Assembly (NCBI GenBank): GCA_025354885.1 | Contig: JANXLY010000172.1 | Span: 14,564-78,563 of the forward strand | DNA length: 64,000 nucleotides | DNA from: Acidobacteriota bacterium | GTDB lineage: Bacteria > Acidobacteriota > Terriglobia > Bryobacterales > Bryobacteraceae | Direction: 5' to 3' | Part shown: positions 1 through 9,754 of the stretch, piece after piece | How the letters are laid out: each line of letters starts with the position of its first letter | How positions within the stretch are numbered: the first letter of the stretch is position 1 | Notes under the pieces: model-generated | Told to the model about the DNA's origin: nothing | The model's input: only the letters and a program-made list of their open reading frames with translations | The model's database searches: none | Made by a program: the position numbers and the translations under genes

Positions 1-534
1 TTTCGCCGCCCTACCGATGACCCCACGGTCAACAGTAGCGCCGATGCGCTCTTCCTGCGCAATCGCCTTCGAGATCACATCGCCGCACTGCGAACTCACA
101 TCCTCGCAACACACTCCACCGCGAAGTTCGAGCTCCTCTATCCTTACGATGTGAACCACCCCACTCCGGCTGGCGTTCACCAACTCGGAGGTGCGCTCAA
201 TTTCTTTATCAACTTCCCGGTTGAGTTCCACAACAAAACCGGCAGCGGTCTCGACACTCTTAAAATGGAAGCGCTCGACTTCGGAGCCTGGTCGCGTTCT
301 CTCGATTTGAGCCGCACCGCCATTGAGTTCCCAATCGATCTCGGCTGGCCCAAAGATTCACTCCGCTATCTTGTCCCGGTCTTCCGCGGCGGCTCGGCGT
401 GGGAGAAGGAATACATGGAGGCCAAAGGTCTGGGGATCCCCATCATCAACTTCTGGGCCTTCGACCACTTCAATCTCTACAATCTCAACTGCGAAGAACC
501 CGAGCGATACGCTACCGTTTTTTCAAACACCTAA
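1..534 (+). CDS. C-terminal part of a hypothetical protein that starts upstream of the window; possibly a phage/GTA tail-associated TIM-barrel protein
   Basis: Frame 1 is open from base 1 (FRRPTDDPTVNS...) to TAA at 534. The family guess comes from recalled similarity only. Confidence 0.6.
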   Translation, partial: FRRPTDDPTVNSSADALFLRNRLRDHIAALRTHILATHSTAKFELLYPYDVNHPTPAGVHQLGGALNFFINFPVEFHNKTGSGLDTLKMEALDFGAWSRSLDLSRTAIEFPIDLGWPKDSLRYLVPVFRGGSAWEKEYMEAKGLGIPIINFWAFDHFNLYNLNCEEPERYATVFSNT

Positions 535-1061
535 CGGAGAATGCGCTCGATGAACTGCTCTGCCTTTGCATCCCTGGATCGCGCCAGCCAGAAGAACGCT
601 TTCTTCTGCTGGCGCGGATTCTTCGAGTCTCGCGCCAGGGCAATCAAAGTCTCGGTCGCTTGCGGATCACGGTGTAAGCAGATCGCATAGAGCTCCGAGT
701 CATTGTTTCGTCCGGCCAGATAACGGATGCTCGCTGCGGGTGTAACTCCGGGTAGCATCACGACATTCTGTTTCCCGAAATCGATTTCGCAGTCTTCACT
801 TGCAAGCAACATCTTGTCCACCTTGCCATTGTCGACCCGAAACAGAATTCTAAGGCGTGTTGGCCCATCGAGCAGGAGCTTCTTCTGTCGCGACTCAATG
901 CCGTTATTCCAGTTGCTGCAAACCGTCCCCTGCCCCAGCTGCATCGGGACTTCATAGCCGACATAAGAGACCCCAACAGGCGAGGCTGCTGCTAATGCCG
1001 CCCCCAAGTCCTGCCCATAGACTGGCATCACAAGGGACAACAGCAACATCGCTGGCTTCAT
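531..1061 (-). CDS. Secreted HEAT-repeat-containing protein
   Basis: Signal peptide; C-terminal HEAT-like unit (LIALARDSKNPRQQKKAFFWLARS); 4-bp overlap with the upstream gene. Confidence 0.75.
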   Translation of the reverse strand: MKPAMLLLSLVMPVYGQDLGAALAAASPVGVSYVGYEVPMQLGQGTVCSNWNNGIESRQKKLLLDGPTRLRILFRVDNGKVDKMLLASEDCEIDFGKQNVVMLPGVTPAASIRYLAGRNNDSELYAICLHRDPQATETLIALARDSKNPRQQKKAFFWLARSRDAKAEQFIERILR

Positions 1062-2038
1062 TTCAGAAGCTCCGCCAGAAAGTCGGTCGACTCCCTGCTG
1101 TTCATCATGCTCAACATGCGCACAGCTTCTTTCTTCAGTTGCATGTCTTTCTCTGCGCGAGCCACTTGAACAAGCTCCTTGGCGCCACCGCCAATGAACA
1201 GTCCATTTATGATTTGCTTCTTAACTTTGAGGCTCGTTTCTGTTGCATAGAGCTGCGCGAGAGACTCCTTGCCGCCGCTCAAGCCCAGCCAGTGAATCGC
1301 CGTAGCCCTCAGCTCTTCGTTCTTCTCCGTAGCAGCGAGCTTGGCCAAGCGCTCTTTCTCCCCCATGAGCATGAAGCTTTGCAGTACTTCCTTCTTCACC
1401 GCAACATCGGCTGCGCTGTTGTAGACATCTTCGAGAATGGGAGCATTGCGCTTGCCGCCGATGCCCAGATTGTGGATCGCCATCTTTTGCAGGTCTGGGG
1501 TGCTGTTGCCCTTGGCAATCCTGCCGATCGTTTCCTGCGCTTTCGCGTTGCCGCTCTGGCTCAATACAAACAGCGCCTGCTTCTTCAAGCGCAAACTCTT
1601 TTGAGAGTTCAATATCTCCTCAAGCAGAGGAACACTGCGCCCTGGATCCGCATACATCAGCCCCTGAATCGCCATGAGCTTCAAGTCTTCATCGGCCTGC
1701 TCCTCCGGCGAAATCTTCTTACCTGAGGCCTGGTTGATTTCGAGCTGCAAGGCGCGTGCATCATCCACCCACTGGCTCTTGCCAAACTTGGCCTGCATCT
1801 CGGCCAGCATCTTCAGCGCTGCCGTTCTGTCGCCTAGCTTGTTCTGCGCATAGGCGGTCCAGTACATGGCTGCTTCCGTTCTTGTGCCCTGAGCCTGTAC
1901 TTCGGCCTGCAGCTTCATCAAGGCCGCCTGATACTCTTTGCCGTCAATCATCGACAGCGCGGCCTGGTAGTTCTTTTCGTCGGCATCTGCACCCTTCAGC
2001 AAGACTGCCGCAACAAGTAGAGGCAATATGATTTTCAT
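1058..2038 (-). CDS. Secreted TPR + HEAT-repeat protein
   Basis: Signal peptide, TPR-like AMYWTAYAQNKLG, and repeated HEAT units (LKKQALFVLSQ, LQKMAIHNLG, LRATAIHWLG). Confidence 0.8.
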   Translation of the reverse strand: MKIILPLLVAAVLLKGADADEKNYQAALSMIDGKEYQAALMKLQAEVQAQGTRTEAAMYWTAYAQNKLGDRTAALKMLAEMQAKFGKSQWVDDARALQLEINQASGKKISPEEQADEDLKLMAIQGLMYADPGRSVPLLEEILNSQKSLRLKKQALFVLSQSGNAKAQETIGRIAKGNSTPDLQKMAIHNLGIGGKRNAPILEDVYNSAADVAVKKEVLQSFMLMGEKERLAKLAATEKNEELRATAIHWLGLSGGKESLAQLYATETSLKVKKQIINGLFIGGGAKELVQVARAEKDMQLKKEAVRMLSMMNSRESTDFLAELLK

Positions 2039-2709
2039 TATTCGGCTAACTCCGTATTCTGTTTGTTTTGTTTTCCGAGGAGGCGCACGCGAAAGAGAAG
2101 ACCCTGTCCACGAATGCGTGCCTGGAGTGCCGTGGCTTCCTCCTGGCTCATTGTTTCGGGGCTGTGTGCGATCTCAAGTAGTACACGCTCGAGTTCTTCG
2201 AGCAGCTCCGCTGTCCCAACCTGTCCCGCCTGCACCGCACTGCGGCGCAGCAATCGGTTGTCTGAAATCAATGCTTCGGCCCGCACTCGCGTCAAGGGCG
2301 CTGCGCCGTTTGAAGTTTCCATCAACACCATCTGGCTCCGCTCGAAGTGCTCGGCCGTCGCCGCCCGCAGCATCTGCTGCTGCGGAAGGTAGGCAATCGC
2401 GGTAACGCCATCCGGAGCTTTCGTCACCCGGCCAACAAAGAACGCAACCAGAAGAGACGCAAGCACGAGCGCGGGCAAAGCGAACCACTTCCAGTTCCAT
2501 CGCCGCTTCACACCAATCTCTCGCGATACCTTGGCCCAGACTCGCGCTTCAAGCTTTGGGTCCGGCTCCGGTGCCGTGTAGCTATCCATCAGGTTTAACG
2601 ACACTTGCAACTGCCGCAAACGCTCACGACACGCAGCACACTCTTCGAGGTGCGTCGCTCGCGATTCGCCGTAATACTCAAGCACCAGATCTTCATCACT
2701 CAAATGCAT
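2038..2709 (-). CDS. Zinc-finger (HxxxCxxC) membrane-anchored anti-sigma factor
   Basis: HLEECAAC motif, one TM helix, overlaps the ECF gene. Confidence 0.85.
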   Translation of the reverse strand: MHLSDEDLVLEYYGESRATHLEECAACRERLRQLQVSLNLMDSYTAPEPDPKLEARVWAKVSREIGVKRRWNWKWFALPALVLASLLVAFFVGRVTKAPDGVTAIAYLPQQQMLRAATAEHFERSQMVLMETSNGAAPLTRVRAEALISDNRLLRRSAVQAGQVGTAELLEELERVLLEIAHSPETMSQEEATALQARIRGQGLLFRVRLLGKQNKQNTELAE

Positions 2710-3229
2710 AACGCCTCAACTTTTCTACTGCCCTAAATACACTGTGTTTGGCCGCGCTCTCACCGATCTCGAGCGCCAGGCTAATCTCTGGAATCGATTG
2801 CCCCTCAAAGTGGCGAAGCACAAACGCACTCCGCTCCTGCACGCTCAGGGTCTGCATTCCAATCGCCAGCCGCTCCCGAATCCGGACACTCGCGAGAAGG
2901 CGGTCCGGCCTAGGTGCCGGGTCGGCCAGGTCGGGAAGCTCGCCTCCCACATCTGCCACATGCTTGCGTTTGCGGACCAGATCGAGCGAATAGTTTGCGG
3001 CAATCCTTTGCAGCCAGGTGCCAAAACTCGCGCGCTCGTCAAAGCGATCGAGATTCCGGTAAGCCCGCAATAGACTCTCTTGCACCACGTCTTCGCTGTC
3101 TCCTTCATTGCCGGTAATGCGGTATGCAAGACGGAACACACTTCGACTGTGGCGCTCCACCAATCCCTGGTAGGCGCTTTTGTCACCGGCCCGAATCTGG
3201 CCGATCAGCTCAGCGTCACTTGCCTGCAT
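2696..3229 (-). CDS. ECF RNA polymerase sigma factor
   Basis: Region 2 (DSEDVVQE...FGTWLQRIAAN) and region 4 HTH; 177 aa. Confidence 0.95.
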   Translation of the reverse strand: MQASDAELIGQIRAGDKSAYQGLVERHSRSVFRLAYRITGNEGDSEDVVQESLLRAYRNLDRFDERASFGTWLQRIAANYSLDLVRKRKHVADVGGELPDLADPAPRPDRLLASVRIRERLAIGMQTLSVQERSAFVLRHFEGQSIPEISLALEIGESAAKHSVFRAVEKLRRYAFE

Positions 3230-3237
3230 CTAACCGA

Positions 3238-3263
3238 TAGACTGACAGACTGCGCGGCGGTTA
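3238..3263 (-). promoter_or_regulatory. Putative autoregulatory ECF promoter, TAACC-N16-GTCTA
   Basis: Minus strand reads TAACC gccgcgcagtctgtca GTCTA tcggttag ATG, matching the typical ECF AAC...GTCT layout. Confidence 0.5.
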
Positions 3264-4319
3264 GCCTAATTTTCGGGCAATGTGCGAAATGATGTGATAC
3301 CCGACAATGAATTTGAAGGGCGTTTCCCCCATCGTGTAATGCCCGCAAGGCAATACGACGAGTTTGTGCGGTGCACCGCTCGCCTTGACGTTAGCCAGAA
3401 TTTCTTCGGAGTAACGCGGCAGAAACGTTGTGTCGTAAGTGGTGTAGATGAAGAGGTTCTTCTTCTCCTGATGCTTTGCAAACTGTTCCATGTAGAACTT
3501 TGGGCTCATCGAATCCCAAACTGTCTGCAGTCGTTCAAGGGTCAGATTCTGTTCGAGACTGTGCTTGATATGACGTGTCGAAAGGCCCGTCCAGACCACA
3601 TCGCCAAAGCGCGCCGAACAGTGATTAAAAACGTTCACTTTCAGCCGCGAATCAAAGGCACTGGCCAGAAAGGCGAAGCAGGATCCAAGGCTGGTCCCGA
3701 CGATCCCGATATTTGCGTAACCCGACTGCTCGAGCCAATCGACGCTGGCCCGGATGTCATGAACCGCCTGCCGCGTAGCATGCAGCGTGCGGCCGATATT
3801 GGAAGAAACGGCATAGTCTGCTCTAGTCAAAGGATGCGGCATTCGCCGGTCGTGATAGGGCAGGCTCAGCCGCAATGCTGGAATGCCCAGCTTTTGGAAA
3901 CCCTGGCAGAGAGCTACATGCTGCTGCGCGTGGCTGTTCCAGTGCGGCAAAACGATCACTGCCCGTTTCCTGCGGTTTTCTTTACCTGCAGGCATCGGGA
4001 ACCAGCGACCCTCAACCAGATTGTTCTCCGGATAGGGCGAGAGGAGCGGCGAAGTGAAACGCAGCCATTCGCCATCGAGGGTAAAGTCGGTTGGCGTCTT
4101 GTGTTGAAAATACTCCGCTCCATGCTGGATCGTGGCCTGGCTCACTTCCTTGAGCCAGCTCTCTTCGTCCCCGCCATCATAGCTGCGCAAGCCCGGCAAT
4201 TGCAGGTCTGCCAGCCACTCTGTGCCCCATTCGAATGGACGTACGATGCGGTCGGTCGATCGGGTCGCGAGGTCAGTTTCCCAGCGGTCCAGCCAGCGTA
4301 CGTATCGGCTCTTCAACAT
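3261..4319 (-). CDS. Alpha/beta hydrolase (ABHD18/DUF2048-like)
   Basis: GTSLG nucleophile elbow and C-terminal PCGHY. Start moved to ATG 4319 (MLKSRY) to avoid overlapping the AKR gene. Confidence 0.85.
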   Translation of the reverse strand: MLKSRYVRWLDRWETDLATRSTDRIVRPFEWGTEWLADLQLPGLRSYDGGDEESWLKEVSQATIQHGAEYFQHKTPTDFTLDGEWLRFTSPLLSPYPENNLVEGRWFPMPAGKENRRKRAVIVLPHWNSHAQQHVALCQGFQKLGIPALRLSLPYHDRRMPHPLTRADYAVSSNIGRTLHATRQAVHDIRASVDWLEQSGYANIGIVGTSLGSCFAFLASAFDSRLKVNVFNHCSARFGDVVWTGLSTRHIKHSLEQNLTLERLQTVWDSMSPKFYMEQFAKHQEKKNLFIYTTYDTTFLPRYSEEILANVKASGAPHKLVVLPCGHYTMGETPFKFIVGYHIISHIARKLG

Positions 4320-4321
4320 CC

Positions 4322-5431
4322 TTAAGCTGCCTTCTCCTTCGCGCCGGCCAGCGGCACGTTTTCCTTTACATGCTCCATCGTTACCATCTCCGAGATCGCC
4401 GCCGTCAAGTTGGGATTCCGCAGATTCCAGATATAAGCCTTCATCATCGGCTTCAGATCTCCTGGCACTGCTGCATTCAACTTGGCCATCTGCTCGGGCG
4501 GAGTCTGCCGTGGCGCACGGAAGTTGAAGGGCCGTGCCGACTTCATCGAGATGATGCCCAGGCCAGACTTCTTCGCCGCCGCAAGTGCCCCATTGACATA
4601 GGGTGAATTCACCATGTTGTAAGCAACCATTGCCGCAGAATAGACCTTCGCCTTGGCAGCCGCTTCCAGCACTCCACCGGGATCCGTATGCGAAGACAAA
4701 CCAAGATGGCGAACCTTGCCCGCCTTCTTCAGCGTCTCGAAGGCTTCGAATATCTCCGGGTGGTTCATGACCTCGTAAGGAGTGTTCGCCCCGTGCGGAC
4801 ACATCAACAGGTCCAGGTGGTCGGTGCCAAGAGTCGCCAGCGTCTTGTCGACACTGTCGAGAATGATCTGCCGGTAGTTCTTGCCCCGGTCGATACGGTC
4901 GCCGTACTGTTTTGCCATTACGTTGGCGAGCGAGGCTCCATCCAGTTCGTCGCGCTGCCCGTTGAAGTAGTTGATGAAGTAGTCCGGCGCGTCCGCCTTA
5001 CGCCGTGCGATCTCATCGAGAGCAAGACTTCGCAGCCGCTTCTGTTCGCTCTCTGCGAGCGATTTGTAAATGTCCTGATACAACCTGTTGCGATTGATAT
5101 CCCAGACCGAGACCTTGGAGTTGATGAAGAAGAGATCCCGCTTGCGCCGCTTCAGCACCTCGGCATAGCCAAGCTCGCTCTGGCCTCCGCCATAGGCAGG
5201 CGCGGTGTCCAGATAGTTCAAGCCCAAGTCGATGGCTGCCAGCACATGGTCGTAGTTCTTGGGCGAAATGGTGTTTCCACCCATGACGACTTCGCTCACC
5301 ATGTAGCCAGTGCGTCCGAGCTGGCGATATGCCATTCCTGGCTGCTTGTTGCGCCATTCACCCTTGGTTTTGGCAGTTGCGGAGTCGGCCTTCAGTGCCA
5401 ATGCAGATAGCAGAAATTCGCGGCGTCTCAT
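4322..5431 (-). CDS. Aldo/keto reductase with twin-arginine N-terminus
   Basis: YRQLGRTGYMVS, LDTAPAYG, GKVRHLGLSSH; start MRRREFLL. Confidence 0.9.
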   Translation of the reverse strand: MRRREFLLSALALKADSATAKTKGEWRNKQPGMAYRQLGRTGYMVSEVVMGGNTISPKNYDHVLAAIDLGLNYLDTAPAYGGGQSELGYAEVLKRRKRDLFFINSKVSVWDINRNRLYQDIYKSLAESEQKRLRSLALDEIARRKADAPDYFINYFNGQRDELDGASLANVMAKQYGDRIDRGKNYRQIILDSVDKTLATLGTDHLDLLMCPHGANTPYEVMNHPEIFEAFETLKKAGKVRHLGLSSHTDPGGVLEAAAKAKVYSAAMVAYNMVNSPYVNGALAAAKKSGLGIISMKSARPFNFRAPRQTPPEQMAKLNAAVPGDLKPMMKAYIWNLRNPNLTAAISEMVTMEHVKENVPLAGAKEKAA

Positions 5432-5436
5432 AGCCG

Positions 5437-7335
5437 TTAGTTTAACTGTTCCGACACGGTTTCCCACTCGAGCATCAGCTTCTCGATCGCAGTGCGGGCC
5501 TCATCCGCCTGTGTGGCAACCCGCTGGCTTTCCTCAGCGCTGACGTAATTGCTGAGCTTCGCTTCGCAATCTGCCACTACCGCTTCCTGCTTTGCGATCT
5601 CCGCTTCTACCTGTCCCAGTCGGTCTTCAAGCTGCTTGACCTTCATTGGGTTGACACGCTTGATGCCCTGCGACCGATCCTCCGCTACCTTCTCCACGAC
5701 GGCAGCAACTGCCACAACTTCGGGCTCCACCTGACGCGATTTCGCCCGCAGGAACTCTTCGTAGTTGCCCGGATAAGCCCTTACTGTTCCGTCGACAACT
5801 TCGAACACCTTCGTTGCCAGTTCGTCGATGAAGTAGCGATCATGGCTAACAAAAACCACCGTCCCTTCGTAACCCTTCAGCGCTCCGAGCAAAACATCCT
5901 TGGCGCGCATGTCAAGGTGGTTCGTCGGTTCGTCGAGCAAGACGAAATTCGAAGGTTGCGTGAGCAGCTTGCACAATGCGTAGCGGTTGCGCTCGCCACC
6001 GCTGAGGACGCCAATCTTTTTGAAGACATCGTCCTCACGGAACAGGAAAGAACCAAGCAGACCTCGCAACTCCGTCTGAGTTGCCCTGGGAGCAGTGGCG
6101 CAGAGGTCGTCGAGCAGAATGGAATCGGCGTCGAGCGCTTTGTATTGATCCTGCGCGAAGTAGTCGAATTCCACATTGTGGCCGAGCTTGTATTCCCCTG
6201 AGGTCAGCCCTTCAATCCCTGTGAGCAGCTTGATGAGCGTCGACTTGCCCGCGCCATTGTGTCCAACCAGGGCGATACGGTCTCCACGCTCAATCGTGAA
6301 GTTGGCATCTTCGAAGACTTTCTTTGACCCATAGCTCTTGGCCACTCCCTTGAACTCGGCAACGACTCTTCCACTAGCCTTCGGCGTCGGGAACTTGAAG
6401 TGGATGATCGGCTCGTCTTCGGGGATCTCGATCATCTCCATCTTGTCGAGTTCTTTGAGACGGCTTTGTGCCTGCTTCGCTTTGGTTGCCTTGGCGCGAA
6501 AACGGTCGACAAAGGATTCGATCTGCGCCACGCGGTCCTGCTGGTTCTTTTGAGCCGCCTTCATCTGCTCGAGGCGTTCTTCTTTCTGCTTCTGGTAATG
6601 CGTGTAGTTGCCAGAGAAGATCGTGACCTTCTTGTTCCAGACCTCGACGATCTTTGTCACCGTCACATCGAGGAAGTAGCGATCGTGTGAGATGAGGATG
6701 AAGGCATTCGGGTAGTTGTTGAGATAATCCTCAAGCCAGTTGCGGGCCTCGATATCGAGGTGATTGGTAGGTTCGTCCAGCAGCAGCGCTTCCGGCTTTT
6801 CGAGCAGCAGCTTGGCCAGTGCGATGCGCATCTGCCAGCCTCCGGAAAACTCTTCGCAGGGCTTGCCCCATTCGTCTTTGCTGAAGCCAAGACCTGTCAG
6901 AATGGTCCCCACCTGCATCTCGATGGTGTAGCCGTCTTTGGCGCGGAATTCGCTATCGAGACGCGAGAATTTATCTGCCACGGCAGAGTAGGCGTTGCTC
7001 TCGGGATCAAGATCTGACATCTCGGCAAGCGCAGTGCCCATGTCAGTTTCGATTTGCCGCACATGATCAAAGACGCTGGCGCATTCGGCGAAGACGCTGC
7101 GGCCCTCGAGCTTCAAGCCATCCTGCGGCAAGTAGCCAAGGCGCATGTTCCGCATCGTCGAAAGATCACCGGCATCCACCTGCTCGAGCCCTGCGATCAC
7201 CTTCATCAACGTCGACTTGCCGGTGCCGTTTGCGCCTACGAGGCCGATCCTGTCTTTGGGGCCGATCAGCCAGTTCACATCATCAAAAAGAACTTTCGCC
7301 GCAAATCGTTTGCCGACGTTTATGAATTGAATCAT
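5437..7335 (-). CDS. ABC-F family ATP-binding protein
   Basis: Two ABC domains (GANGTGKST and GHNGAGKST; FSGGW and LSGGE; LLDEPTNHLD twice), no TM segments, C-terminal coiled coil. Confidence 0.95.
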   Translation of the reverse strand: MIQFINVGKRFAAKVLFDDVNWLIGPKDRIGLVGANGTGKSTLMKVIAGLEQVDAGDLSTMRNMRLGYLPQDGLKLEGRSVFAECASVFDHVRQIETDMGTALAEMSDLDPESNAYSAVADKFSRLDSEFRAKDGYTIEMQVGTILTGLGFSKDEWGKPCEEFSGGWQMRIALAKLLLEKPEALLLDEPTNHLDIEARNWLEDYLNNYPNAFILISHDRYFLDVTVTKIVEVWNKKVTIFSGNYTHYQKQKEERLEQMKAAQKNQQDRVAQIESFVDRFRAKATKAKQAQSRLKELDKMEMIEIPEDEPIIHFKFPTPKASGRVVAEFKGVAKSYGSKKVFEDANFTIERGDRIALVGHNGAGKSTLIKLLTGIEGLTSGEYKLGHNVEFDYFAQDQYKALDADSILLDDLCATAPRATQTELRGLLGSFLFREDDVFKKIGVLSGGERNRYALCKLLTQPSNFVLLDEPTNHLDMRAKDVLLGALKGYEGTVVFVSHDRYFIDELATKVFEVVDGTVRAYPGNYEEFLRAKSRQVEPEVVAVAAVVEKVAEDRSQGIKRVNPMKVKQLEDRLGQVEAEIAKQEAVVADCEAKLSNYVSAEESQRVATQADEARTAIEKLMLEWETVSEQLN

Positions 7336-8891
7336 TACTGCCTGAGAATTACCTGTCCGCCGCGGTCCGGCATCAACTTGCCCGACTCGACTGCCACCTT
7401 GCCATTAACCAGAACCCAATCAAAACCGGTCGAATACTGGTGCGGTTTTTCAAAATTCGCGTTGTCGCGGAGCAGTTCCGGATCAAAGATGACAAGGTCT
7501 GCCGCGAAGCCTTCACGCACCAATCCTCGATTTTTGAAATTAAATATCTGCGCAGGCAGTGAGGTCATTTTGCGCACTGCATCTTCGATCGAGAGTACCT
7601 TGCGCAGACGAACGTATTCGTTAAAGACTCGCGCGTTGGTTCCGTAATTGCGGGGATGCGGGCGGGCGACTCCGAACTGCACAACGCCGCCATCGCTGGC
7701 TACTGCCGTGTTGCGATAACGCATGATGTTGGTCACGTCGTCTTCACTCATCGCCTTGGTCACAACACTTACGCCGCCCCGTTCCATCAGCTCCAGCACT
7801 GTCTCTACGTCAGATTCATGAGAGCTATTCCTACCGCGCAGAGTGGAGATCTGACGGAGGTTCTTACCTTCGTAGCCGGGTTCAAAACGGCATGAGGCGA
7901 CGGTAGTGTACTCGAAGTCTGTGTAGCCGCGCTTCTTGTTGAAATCGAGTACTTCGTCGAAGACCTTCTTGCGGGTTACCGGATCTTTCAGCCGTTCCAC
8001 AAGCTTCTCTTGTCCGCCGGCCAGAGCCCAGGTTGGCAAGGTGGTTGCAAGCGTGGTCGAGTAGGCGATGTAAGGATATTGATCGACCGTCACTTCGACT
8101 CCCCTGGCGCGATATTCCTCGATCAGGTCGAGCATTTTCTGCGTATTGCCCCAGTAGGCTTTCGTGTCTTGCTTGAGGTGCGAGATCTGCACGCGAGTTC
8201 CGGCGAGACGTCCGATTTCAGCAGCTTCGCGAATTGCCTCGAGTACTTTGTCGCCTTCGTCGCGCATGTGCGAAGCGTAGATACCGTTGTAGCGGGCGGC
8301 TACTTTGGCGAGTTCCACAAGTTCTTCAGTAGGCGAATAAGTGCCGGGTACGTACTCCAGGCCGGTGGAGAAACCGACCGCGCCCGCTTCCATCGCCTTT
8401 GAAACCATCGCCTTCATGCGGTCGATTTCCTGCGGTGTTGCCTTGCGGTTGTCCGAGCCCATCACCTCGCGACGAATGGAGTTGTGCCCGGCGAGGGTCG
8501 CCATATTGATGCCGATCTTGAGCTGGTCGAGCTTTGAGAAAAAGTCTTTTACATCGAGTTCGGAGCCGCCGCAATTGCCAGTGACCACTGTCGTCACGCC
8601 GTCGCGCAGAAAATTTTCGGCCTGCGGAAAACGAACAATTCCTGACTCGGAATGGGTATGTACGTCGATAAAGCCTGGGGTCACAAGACGGCTTGTAGCG
8701 TCGATCTCTTTGGTGCCAGTTTTGCCGGTGAGTACGCCGATCTTTGCAATCTTGCCCGCACTTATGCCAATGTCGGCGCGAAACCAGGGGTTGCCGCTAC
8801 CGTCGACGACGCGGGCGTTGCGGATCAGAATATCGAAGTCAGCAGCAAGGCAGCCGAGAGCCAGCAGGCTCAGCGCAAGAAGAAGTTTCAT
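7335..8891 (-). CDS. N-acyl-D-amino-acid deacylase (amidohydrolase)
   Basis: PGFIDVHTH, GNCG, HMRDEG, PHPRNYGT; signal peptide. Confidence 0.92.
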   Translation of the reverse strand: MKLLLALSLLALGCLAADFDILIRNARVVDGSGNPWFRADIGISAGKIAKIGVLTGKTGTKEIDATSRLVTPGFIDVHTHSESGIVRFPQAENFLRDGVTTVVTGNCGGSELDVKDFFSKLDQLKIGINMATLAGHNSIRREVMGSDNRKATPQEIDRMKAMVSKAMEAGAVGFSTGLEYVPGTYSPTEELVELAKVAARYNGIYASHMRDEGDKVLEAIREAAEIGRLAGTRVQISHLKQDTKAYWGNTQKMLDLIEEYRARGVEVTVDQYPYIAYSTTLATTLPTWALAGGQEKLVERLKDPVTRKKVFDEVLDFNKKRGYTDFEYTTVASCRFEPGYEGKNLRQISTLRGRNSSHESDVETVLELMERGGVSVVTKAMSEDDVTNIMRYRNTAVASDGGVVQFGVARPHPRNYGTNARVFNEYVRLRKVLSIEDAVRKMTSLPAQIFNFKNRGLVREGFAADLVIFDPELLRDNANFEKPHQYSTGFDWVLVNGKVAVESGKLMPDRGGQVILRQ

Positions 8892-8897
8892 GACGTG

Positions 8898-9743
8898 TTA
8901 GTTTACGAAAAAATCGAAGCTGCGGGCGAGAAAGCTACGCAGATTTTGTCTGGCGACAATGGCATCGAGGAAACCGTGCTGCACAAGGAACTCACTGCGC
9001 TGGAAGCCTTCCGGGAGTTTCTGGCGGATGGTTTGTTCAATAACGCGCGGGCCGGCAAAGCCGATCAGCGCGCCGGGTTCGGCGATGTTCAAGTCTCCAA
9101 GCATGGCGAAAGAAGCAGTGACTCCACCGGTTGTAGGGTCGGTGAGAACGCTGATGTAGGGAACACCCATCTCGTCGAGGAGCATCAGAGCGGCCGAAAT
9201 CTTGGCCATCTGCATCAGGCTGACGGCACCTTCCTGCATGCGGGCACCACCGGTAGCGCTGACGATTACGAGCGGGCTTTGGGTTTCGAGGGAGCGCTCT
9301 ACGGCACGAGTGATTTTCTCGCCCATCACCGCACCCATGCTGCCACCGATGAATTTCAGCTCCATCGCACAGGCATTGACAGTGTGACTGCCAATTTTCC
9401 CCTGACCGCTCAGGATTGCGTCCTTCATCCCGAGCGCCGCCTGCATGGAGGCCAGCCGGGCTTTGTAGGGCTTTGAATCCGAGAAGTTCATGGGATCGGT
9501 TGAAGCGAGATCGGCGTCGAACTCAGTCCACTCTCCGTCAAAGAGAAGGTCCATCCGTTCGCGGGCATCAATGCGGAAGTGATATTGACACTTCGGGCAC
9601 ACCCGCCCATTGTCCTCGAGATCCTGCCGGAAGATGATCTGTTTGCACCCTTCGCATTTGATCCAAAGACCTTCCGTTCGGACTGTACGGTCACCGTCGC
9701 TGGGAGTACCGATCCCAGGCTTGTCGCGCTTGAACCAAGACAT
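8898..9743 (-). CDS. accD: Acetyl-CoA carboxylase carboxyltransferase beta subunit
   Basis: Zn ribbon CxxC..CxxC, GGSMG, GGARMQEG, PTTGGVTASF, GFAGPRVIEQT. Confidence 0.98.
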   Translation of the reverse strand: MSWFKRDKPGIGTPSDGDRTVRTEGLWIKCEGCKQIIFRQDLEDNGRVCPKCQYHFRIDARERMDLLFDGEWTEFDADLASTDPMNFSDSKPYKARLASMQAALGMKDAILSGQGKIGSHTVNACAMELKFIGGSMGAVMGEKITRAVERSLETQSPLVIVSATGGARMQEGAVSLMQMAKISAALMLLDEMGVPYISVLTDPTTGGVTASFAMLGDLNIAEPGALIGFAGPRVIEQTIRQKLPEGFQRSEFLVQHGFLDAIVARQNLRSFLARSFDFFVN

Positions 9744-9754
9744 GAACTTCTAGT

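Noticed and set aside
4320-4802. Long N-terminal extensions in the ORF track (hydrolase, VWA 47417, rfbD 49764, 36228)
   Set aside because: They overlap neighbouring real genes; downstream starts fit the family N-termini better
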